Source of the DNA: Bdellovibrionales bacterium
GTDB lineage: Bacteria; Bdellovibrionota; Bdellovibrionia; Bdellovibrionales; JAGQZY01
Assembly: GCA_964230645.1 (NCBI GenBank)
Contig: CAXRHT010000002.1
Span: 1,760,001 to 1,824,000, forward strand
DNA length: 64,000 bases
Direction of reading: 5' to 3'
A model generated the notes under the pieces. That model was not told the origin of the DNA. It saw only the letters and a list, made by a program, of their open reading frames with translations, and searched no databases. A program made the translations under genes and the position numbers. Positions 57,182 to 64,000 of the stretch are shown here, piece by piece (the stretch's first letter is position 1; each line of letters starts with the position of its first letter).

Positions 57182-57239
57182 CTAAAACTGAAAAACCCTC
57201 ATAACTTAAGGGTTTTATGCGTTTTAAAGGAACTGTCTT

Positions 57240-58205
57240 ATGATCGTAGTCACTGGGGCCACTGGCTTTATTGGAAGTGTTATTGTTTGGGAACTCAATC
57301 AAAAAGGTCACGAAGACATTTTGTGTGTCGACTCCGTTCCCCCACAAGCCCGGCCCGGGATTCTTGAAGGCAAAAAATACTCTCGCTTTATGGATCATAA
57401 AGAGTTTCTAAAGTATCTCGATGCGGGACCGAAAGAGGAGATCTCCTGGATCATTCATATGGGAGCTTGCTCGTCCACAACGGAAATGAATGTCGAATTT
57501 CTTCGTGAGAACAATACTCTTTATACCCAAAAACTTTTTGAGTTCTGCCGTGATAACGAAGTTCCTTTTATCTACGCCAGTAGTGGTGCTTGTTATGGAG
57601 ATGGGCAACAAGGATTTGATGATCAAATCGATCCAGAACTCTTAAAGCCACTGAATCCCTATGGAGACTCTAAATTGAATTTTGATCGCTGGGTTTTAAA
57701 ACAAGACAAGTTCCCACCACTTTGGATGGGGCTGCGCTTTTTCAACGTTTATGGGCCCAATGAGTATTACAAAAAAGATATGAGCAGCGTTGTTTTTAAA
57801 GCTTATCGTCAGATTAAAGTTAACGGCTCACTTAAACTTTTTCGCTCACACGATCCCGATTACAAAGATGGCGAACAACTAAGGGACTTTGTTTACGTTA
57901 AAGATATCACCCGTTGGATCAGTGAAATCATGGACGGCAAAGGCTTCTCTGGGATCTACAATATGGGCTACGGTAAGGCGCGCAGTTGGCTCGACCTTGC
58001 CAAAAGTGTTTTTAACAATATGGACAAAGAACTCAATATCGAATGGATCGATATTCCTGAGGAAATGAGACCTCGCTACCAATACTTCACTGAAGCCAAG
58101 ATGGACAGATTTCTAAGCCAGGGCTTTAGTCAACCGCAATGGAGGCTTGAAGATGGAATTACAGACTACATCAAATACCTCGACCGGGAAGACCCCTTCC
58201 TCTGA
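57240..58205 (+). CDS. hldD: ADP-L-glycero-D-manno-heptose 6-epimerase
   Basis: MIVVTGATGFIGS, HMGACSSTTE, PLNPYGDSK, FFNVYGPNE, YQYFTEA. Confidence 0.95.
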   Translation: MIVVTGATGFIGSVIVWELNQKGHEDILCVDSVPPQARPGILEGKKYSRFMDHKEFLKYLDAGPKEEISWIIHMGACSSTTEMNVEFLRENNTLYTQKLFEFCRDNEVPFIYASSGACYGDGQQGFDDQIDPELLKPLNPYGDSKLNFDRWVLKQDKFPPLWMGLRFFNVYGPNEYYKKDMSSVVFKAYRQIKVNGSLKLFRSHDPDYKDGEQLRDFVYVKDITRWISEIMDGKGFSGIYNMGYGKARSWLDLAKSVFNNMDKELNIEWIDIPEEMRPRYQYFTEAKMDRFLSQGFSQPQWRLEDGITDYIKYLDREDPFL

Positions 58206-58215
58206 GGAGCACACG

Positions 58216-59964
58216 ATGGAAAATGTTGAAAAAGTAAAAGAAAGTATTCCTGATCACCTCAAGGAATTTATCGTTGAACAGGACACAACCGATTATCAAC
58301 CCATCGATCATGCGGTTTGGCGCTATTCCTTGCGCCAGCTAAAAAACTTTCTCGGAAAAAACGCTCACTCCTGTTACCTCGATGGTCTTGAAAAAACAGG
58401 GATTACCGTAGAGCAAATTCCAAGCATTGATCAAATTTGTAAAAAGCTGCAGGAGTTCGGATGGTCGGCCGTGCCGGTGAGTGGCTTTATTCCACCAGCG
58501 GCCTTTATGGAGCTGCAAAGTTTGGGCATTTTACCTATCGCAACGGATATGAGAACGATGGATCATATCCTATACACACCCGCTCCTGATATTGTTCACG
58601 AGGCTGCCGGACATGCTCCTATCCTTATCAATGAAGAGTTTGCCAAATACTTAAAAGAATATGCCAGTGTCGCTCGAAACGCGATTGTTTCCAGTGAGGA
58701 CTTAGCTCTTTATGAGGCCATTAGGGAACTCTCTGATATCAAAGAACATCCTGATTCCACAGAGGAAGAAATAAAACAGGCTAATGATAAACTAGAAAAA
58801 ATAGCTTCCAATATGAAGGTGACTTCTGAGGCCACACTTCTTGGCCGAATGAACTGGTGGACGGCCGAGTATGGGCTTATCGGAGATATTAATGATCCTA
58901 AAATTTATGGGGCTGGCCTGCTCTCTTCTTATGGAGAAGCCAAAGAGTGTTTAAAAGATCATGTTGAAAAAATCCCACTCAGTGTGGACTGCATCAAATA
59001 CAATTACGACATCACTGAACCTCAACCCCAACTTTTTGTGGCAAAGTCTTTCGAAGATCTTAAAAGAGTTCTACATGAACTCTCCCTTCAGCTCTCCTAC
59101 AAAAAAGGTGGAATTTTTGGTCTGGAAAAAGCCATTGAAGCTGAAACCGTAAACACCGTTCAACTTAATTCTGGCCTACAGGTTTCAGGTAAGGTTGTTG
59201 ATTATATCGAGCGCGATGGCGAGTGCATTTACTTCCGTTTTGAAGGCCCTTCTCAACTAAGCATCGGTGGTAACCAATTAGAGGGACACGGTAAAGATTT
59301 TCATGATCATGGTTACAGCTCTCCACTTGGCTATGTGGAAGGTTACGAAGACTGTCTATCCTGGGCCACCAATGATGATCTTAAAAAACTAGGGATCGTT
59401 GAAGGAAAGGAAGTGGATATTCGTTTTGAAAATGGTGTGCATGTGTCTGGTCGCCTAGTCGAACAGCGCCGCACTCCCAGAGGAGAGCTCTGCTTACTAA
59501 GCTTTAACGATTGTCATGTTTCTCTAGCCGGTAAAGTCCTATTCATGCCGGAATGGGGAACTTTCGATATGGCAGTGGGATCAAAAGTAGAGTCTGTGTT
59601 TTCTGGTCCTGCCGATCGCAAAAAATACGGCCTTACTGACTCCTTCTCCAAAAAGAGGGTGCCTGAGAAAAAACGTTCTGAAAAAGAGATGGCTCTTAAT
59701 AAACTTTACCAAAAAATCAGAGACATGCGCCAAAGCGGAGATGTAAAGCTTCAAAGCCTTGAAGAAGTAGCTTCAACGCTCAATGATGAGTTTCCAAAAG
59801 ATTGGCTCGCTCGTTTAGAAATCGTAGAGCTCACCCACAAGGTAGAAGGTGCTGACAACCTAAGGGCCGCAATCACCGAACAGCTCCATAAATTGCAAGA
59901 GCTCTCTAAGCAAAGATTCACTGTCATTAACGACGGCCTATCGCTGGCTGACAAAGATCTATGA
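58216..59964 (+). CDS. phhA: Aromatic amino acid hydroxylase (long-form phenylalanine 4-monooxygenase)
   Basis: YTPAPDIVHEAAGH, WWTAEYGL, YGAGLLSS, YDITEPQPQLF. Confidence 0.9.
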   Translation: MENVEKVKESIPDHLKEFIVEQDTTDYQPIDHAVWRYSLRQLKNFLGKNAHSCYLDGLEKTGITVEQIPSIDQICKKLQEFGWSAVPVSGFIPPAAFMELQSLGILPIATDMRTMDHILYTPAPDIVHEAAGHAPILINEEFAKYLKEYASVARNAIVSSEDLALYEAIRELSDIKEHPDSTEEEIKQANDKLEKIASNMKVTSEATLLGRMNWWTAEYGLIGDINDPKIYGAGLLSSYGEAKECLKDHVEKIPLSVDCIKYNYDITEPQPQLFVAKSFEDLKRVLHELSLQLSYKKGGIFGLEKAIEAETVNTVQLNSGLQVSGKVVDYIERDGECIYFRFEGPSQLSIGGNQLEGHGKDFHDHGYSSPLGYVEGYEDCLSWATNDDLKKLGIVEGKEVDIRFENGVHVSGRLVEQRRTPRGELCLLSFNDCHVSLAGKVLFMPEWGTFDMAVGSKVESVFSGPADRKKYGLTDSFSKKRVPEKKRSEKEMALNKLYQKIRDMRQSGDVKLQSLEEVASTLNDEFPKDWLARLEIVELTHKVEGADNLRAAITEQLHKLQELSKQRFTVINDGLSLADKDL

Positions 59965-60662
59965 AAAACCTTCGCGTCGTTCTTGTTAGCTCCAAGTACC
60001 CGCGAAACATTGGCCTTGTTTCTAGAATCTTAAATAACTATGGCATTGAGGAGCTTTTATTAGTCACTCCTCAATGCGAGCTCAACGAAGAAGCCAAACA
60101 AGGAGCCGCCCAAGGCCAAGCCCCTTTAACGAATGCCAAAATTTACGAAGACTGGGAGAGCTTCTACAAGGAACAGCCCAACGGATTACGTATTGCTTTT
60201 AGCCGACGCCAGGGAAAACGCAGAGCCAGTGAACCTCTCAACACTCTACTAGAAAATCCGATTGTCGATATGGATAAGCCCATTTATCTTATCTTTGGCG
60301 CCGAGGACCATGGCCTCTCAAGTGATGATTTAGAGCTCGTTCACCGCATGGCCTATTTTGATCTTCCCGGAGAGCTTCAAAGCATGAACCTCTCACATTC
60401 TGTATTAGTAGCAGTACAGAGCTTTTTTCAAAGATTTGGAACCCACCAATCCCCTTTTCAAAAAGAGAGCACCAAAGACCCCGAACCTTTTTTAAAAGAA
60501 TGGCTTGAAGCCTTAAACTTCGATCTCGACTCCCAAAAACGCTGGAACGCTTTAACCATGCTCAAACAACTCATCCTCAAAGCCAACCCAACTGAGGATG
60601 AAATGCACAAACTAGAAATGATCGTGCAACACACCCTAAGAAAGATAAAAGAACCCAAATAA
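59961..60662 (+). CDS. SPOUT RNA methyltransferase, TrmJ/LasT family
   Basis: PRNIG, LIFGAEDHGL, SMNLSHSV. Confidence 0.88.
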   Translation: MKNLRVVLVSSKYPRNIGLVSRILNNYGIEELLLVTPQCELNEEAKQGAAQGQAPLTNAKIYEDWESFYKEQPNGLRIAFSRRQGKRRASEPLNTLLENPIVDMDKPIYLIFGAEDHGLSSDDLELVHRMAYFDLPGELQSMNLSHSVLVAVQSFFQRFGTHQSPFQKESTKDPEPFLKEWLEALNFDLDSQKRWNALTMLKQLILKANPTEDEMHKLEMIVQHTLRKIKEPK

Positions 60663-60733
60663 TAAGGTCACACCGCACCACCAAAAGCTTATCCAATGGG
60701 CCTCATTGGGCGATGGTGGTATGCTCGGGGGGC

Positions 60734-60891
60734 GGAAATCCCTGGGCTTGTCTTTGTGAATTCTGGATATTCTCTGGGATAGGCCCAGCTCCTGCTTAGC
60801 TGGCATCACCCTGCGGGTGAGCGCCTCCAGCTTGCCAGAGCCATATCCCAGAGAATATCCAGAATTCACAAAGACAAGCCCAGGAATTTCC
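60734..60891. repeat. Long inverted repeat element (MITE/REPIN-like)
   Basis: 48-bp arms at 60734-60781 and 60844-60891, one mismatch, around a 62-bp GC-rich core. Confidence 0.9.
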
Positions 60892-60919
60892 TTAGAGTTA
60901 CAATCTACAAAAAGGTCCC

Positions 60920-63900
60920 ATGTTCATGAATGATATAAAGTCCGAATTAAACAACCGTATCCTCTACTTTGATGGAGGAATTGGTACCAGTTTTCAAAAG
61001 ATGAAACTTGGTGAAGAAGATTTTCGTGGTGAGAGGTTTAAAGATCATCCTTCGAAACTTATGGGAAATAATGATTTTCTCACTTTATCCTCACCAGAAC
61101 TTGTGAAAAAGATGCACCGGGAGTTTTTAGAGGCCGGTTCAGACATAATAAGTACTAACACTTTTAGTGCCACCAGAGTTTCACAAGCTGACTTTAAATG
61201 TGAAGCCTACACCTATGAGCTTAATAAAACAGCGGCACAATTAGCTAAAGAAGTGGCTAAAGAGTTCAATCGCCCTATTTGGGTCGCAGGTTCTATGGGA
61301 CCAACTACTAAAATTACGTCTATTTCTCCAGACGTGAATGATCCAGGACACCGGGATATTTCCTTTGATCAGCTCTGTTCAGACTTTGAAGAACAAATTG
61401 AAGCCCTCATGGATGGTGGTGTGGATCTACTGTTGATGGAAACCTTTATTGACACTCTAAACTTGAAGGCTGCCATCAAAGCGGCTGACAATGTTTTTGA
61501 GAAGAAAAATAAAACTCTTCCTCTTATTCTCTCAGCCACGATCACGGATAAATCAGGAAGAACTCTTTCTGGGCAAACCATTGAAGCGTTTTGGAATTCC
61601 GTTCGTCATGCAAAACCACTAGCTGTTGGAATGAACTGTGCCTTTGGGGCCAATGAGCTTAAACCCTATATTCGTGAGCTGAGCGATCTAGCCGACTGCT
61701 ATGTGAGTTGTTATCCTAATGCCGGTCTGCCTAACCCCTTAAGTGATACTGGTTATGATGAAACCCCGGAGCATACGTCTAAAGCACTCCTTGATATGGT
61801 GGATGAGGGTTATGTGAATCTTATTGGGGGTTGTTGTGGGACGACACCTGAACACATTCAAGCCATTCGAGAGAAAACAAAGGAGAAATCTCCTAGAACT
61901 TTAGTGTCTCCTAGAAAAAAGATGCGCCTCAGTGGCCTTGAGCCTGTGAACATTGATGTGATTGAAAACTCTCAAACATTTATCATGGTCGGCGAGAGAA
62001 CAAATGTTATGGGCTCGCCTAAGTTTAAAAAGCTTATTAAAGAAGAGCGCTTTGAAGAGGCCTTGGACATTGCCAGACAGCAAGTGGAAAATGGCGCCAA
62101 CATCATCGATATCAACTTTGATGAAGGTATGATCGATGGGGTCAAGGCTATGGAGCAGTTTTTAAGGCTCGTTGGCTCTGAGCCCGATATTTCGAAAGTT
62201 CCTATCATGATTGATAGTTCTAAATGGGAAGTTTTGGAAATCGGACTTAAAAACACTCAAGGTAAATCCATTGTTAACTCCATTAGCTTAAAAGAGGGTG
62301 AAGAGGTCTTTAAAAAGCAAGCCGCGATCATTCAGTCCTATGGAGCCGCTGTTGTCGTTATGGCTTTTGATGAAAAAGGGCAAGCCGCCTCAAAAGACGA
62401 TAAAATTAGAATTTGTAAAAGGGCCTATAAAATCCTGACAGAAGAAGTCGACTTTCCTCCTGAAGACATAATCTTTGATCCGAACGTTCTAACTGTTGCC
62501 ACCGGAATGGAAGAGCACAATAGCTACGGTCTTGATTTTATAGAAGCGGTTCGAGAGATTAAAAAGCAATGTCCACTGGCGAAGACCAGTGGTGGGATTA
62601 GTAACGTCTCTTTTTCCTTTAGAGGAAACAATGTGGTTCGTGAAGCCATGCACTCTGTTTTTCTTTACCACGCCACAAGAGCCGGTCTTGATATGGGGAT
62701 CGTAAATGCCGGGATGCTCGCAGTCTACGAAGACATTCCTAAAGAACTTTTAACCTTAGTGGAAGACGTCATTCTCAATCGCAGAGAGGACGCCACGGAA
62801 AGACTTCTCGACCGGGCCGCAGAATTTAAAGGTGAAAAAGGTCAGGTCAGCAAGCAAGATCTTAAATGGAGAGAGGGCAACTATGCTGCAAGAATAAAGC
62901 ACGCCCTTATTCATGGAATCACAGAATATGTTGATCAAGACACCGAAGAAGCCAGGCAAGACTTAGAACGTCCCCTCCATGTTATTGAAGGTCCGTTAAT
63001 GGCCGGCATGAAAGAGGTGGGTGATCTCTTCGGAGCTGGGAAAATGTTTCTTCCGCAGGTGGTGAAAAGTGCAAGGGTGATGAAAAAAGCCGTCGCTTAT
63101 CTTCAGCCTTACATGGAAAAAGAGAAAAAAAATGTAGAAGCTCAAAGGGTTTTTGTCATCGCCACAGTTAAGGGAGATGTCCACGACATCGGTAAGAATA
63201 TTGTTTCCGTAGTTCTTGCATGTAACGGTTATAAAGTGGTCGATTTAGGTGTGATGGTTAGTTGCGAAGAAATTATCGAAGCGGCCAAAGAAAATAAGGC
63301 CGATATCATTGGAATGAGTGGACTGATTACTCCTTCGCTTGACGAAATGATCATGAACGCGCGCGAAATGGAAAAACAAGGGATCAGCACTCCCCTCCTT
63401 GTCGGTGGTGCAACCACAAGCCGTATTCATACAGCGGTAAAAATAGACCCTGAGTACAACAATCTTGTAGCCCACGTGAGTGACGCCTCCTTAGTGGTCG
63501 AGGTTTGTAATAAAATTTTGGGCCCTGAAACAAAAGAAGGCGCCCAAAAAGACTATAAAGAAAACTACCTAAAACTTCGGGAAAATTATCTTAATAAAAA
63601 GAGCGAAAAAGATAAGCTCGTGCCTTATGATTACGCCAATACCAACAATTGGATTCGTAAAAATCCAAACCCCACACCTTTTCCTAAAAAATTAGGTGTC
63701 TTCCAGGAAGAGGCCGATGTTGAAACCCTCATCCCCTATATCGATTGGTCCCCTTTCTTTTGGGCTTGGCAGATGAAAGGCATTTACCCTAAAATTTTCG
63801 AAAGTAAAAAGTATGGCAAAGAGGCTAAAAAGCTTTTTGATGATGCCCAAGAAATGCTTGAAACCATTAAAAAAGATGGTCGCATCAAGCCAAAAGGTGT

Positions 63901-64000
63901 TTTTGGCCTTTGGCCGGCTTGTCGCAGAACAAACGATGTTGTTCTATTTGACCCGGAGAATATGAAAAAAGAAATCGGCACTATCAACTTTCTCCGCCAG
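60920..64000 (+). CDS. metH: Cobalamin-dependent methionine synthase (3' end outside window)
   Basis: Manual translation from ATG 60920: [62 protein letters not shown]. Confidence 0.96.
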   Translation, partial: MFMNDIKSELNNRILYFDGGIGTSFQKMKLGEEDFRGERFKDHPSKLMGNNDFLTLSSPELVKKMHREFLEAGSDIISTNTFSATRVSQADFKCEAYTYELNKTAAQLAKEVAKEFNRPIWVAGSMGPTTKITSISPDVNDPGHRDISFDQLCSDFEEQIEALMDGGVDLLLMETFIDTLNLKAAIKAADNVFEKKNKTLPLILSATITDKSGRTLSGQTIEAFWNSVRHAKPLAVGMNCAFGANELKPYIRELSDLADCYVSCYPNAGLPNPLSDTGYDETPEHTSKALLDMVDEGYVNLIGGCCGTTPEHIQAIREKTKEKSPRTLVSPRKKMRLSGLEPVNIDVIENSQTFIMVGERTNVMGSPKFKKLIKEERFEEALDIARQQVENGANIIDINFDEGMIDGVKAMEQFLRLVGSEPDISKVPIMIDSSKWEVLEIGLKNTQGKSIVNSISLKEGEEVFKKQAAIIQSYGAAVVVMAFDEKGQAASKDDKIRICKRAYKILTEEVDFPPEDIIFDPNVLTVATGMEEHNSYGLDFIEAVREIKKQCPLAKTSGGISNVSFSFRGNNVVREAMHSVFLYHATRAGLDMGIVNAGMLAVYEDIPKELLTLVEDVILNRREDATERLLDRAAEFKGEKGQVSKQDLKWREGNYAARIKHALIHGITEYVDQDTEEARQDLERPLHVIEGPLMAGMKEVGDLFGAGKMFLPQVVKSARVMKKAVAYLQPYMEKEKKNVEAQRVFVIATVKGDVHDIGKNIVSVVLACNGYKVVDLGVMVSCEEIIEAAKENKADIIGMSGLITPSLDEMIMNAREMEKQGISTPLLVGGATTSRIHTAVKIDPEYNNLVAHVSDASLVVEVCNKILGPETKEGAQKDYKENYLKLRENYLNKKSEKDKLVPYDYANTNNWIRKNPNPTPFPKKLGVFQEEADVETLIPYIDWSPFFWAWQMKGIYPKIFESKKYGKEAKKLFDDAQEMLETIKKDGRIKPKGVFGLWPACRRTNDVVLFDPENMKKEIGTINFLRQ

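Noticed and set aside
57085..57184. tRNA-Ala, tmRNA, SRP RNA or lysine riboswitch
   Set aside because: Acceptor-like ends and an AGAGGUGC word are present, but there is no T-loop/D-loop, no SRP GGAA domain and none of the other lysine-riboswitch elements
56880..57398. 172-aa minus-strand ORF
   Set aside because: Antisense to two well-supported genes and has no recognisable features
60636..60869. 77-aa minus-strand ORF
   Set aside because: It runs through the inverted-repeat element and has no SD or protein features
60663..60919. SAM-I or cobalamin riboswitch before metH
   Set aside because: Only CTTATC resembles SAM-I; the core motifs and the B12 box are not found
61369..63987. Several short minus-strand ORFs
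   Set aside because: Antisense shadows of metH, which the track omitted because its stop lies outside the window

Overview
A gene-dense, roughly 40% GC (estimated by eye) bacterial chromosomal window. Gene content suggests a Bdellovibrionota-like predator; this is inference from a CFI-box-CTERM protein with its beta-barrel partner, an orphan TonB, an orphan prepilin, many unknown secreted proteins and sigma28-like promoters. Housekeeping genes: asd (partial), truA, rplM-rpsI, aceE, trxB, trmB, ggt, argS, leuS, speA, speB, mscL, dksA, xth, a peroxiredoxin, hldD, phhA, a TrmJ-family methyltransferase and metH. metH runs off the window end and is absent from the ORF track. There is also a split peptide ABC transporter. 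I found no rRNA, tRNA, CRISPR array, transposase or prophage. Most interesting signals: (1) two unrelated secreted proteins with extreme Lys depletion, Arg enrichment and internal hydrophobic segments (candidate predation effectors); (2) sigma28-like and sigma70-like promoters placed 5-10 nt before start codons (leaderless expression); (3) a CFI-box-CTERM / repeat-bearing beta-barrel gene pair; (4) a peroxiredoxin coupled to an uncharacterised ATP-grasp ligase; (5) a ~100-nt structured RNA candidate; (6) a 48-bp inverted-repeat element before metH; (7) a 50-bp-period REP-like array; (8) a lipoprotein metallopeptidase apparently starting at ATT. All calls are by eye, without database searches.
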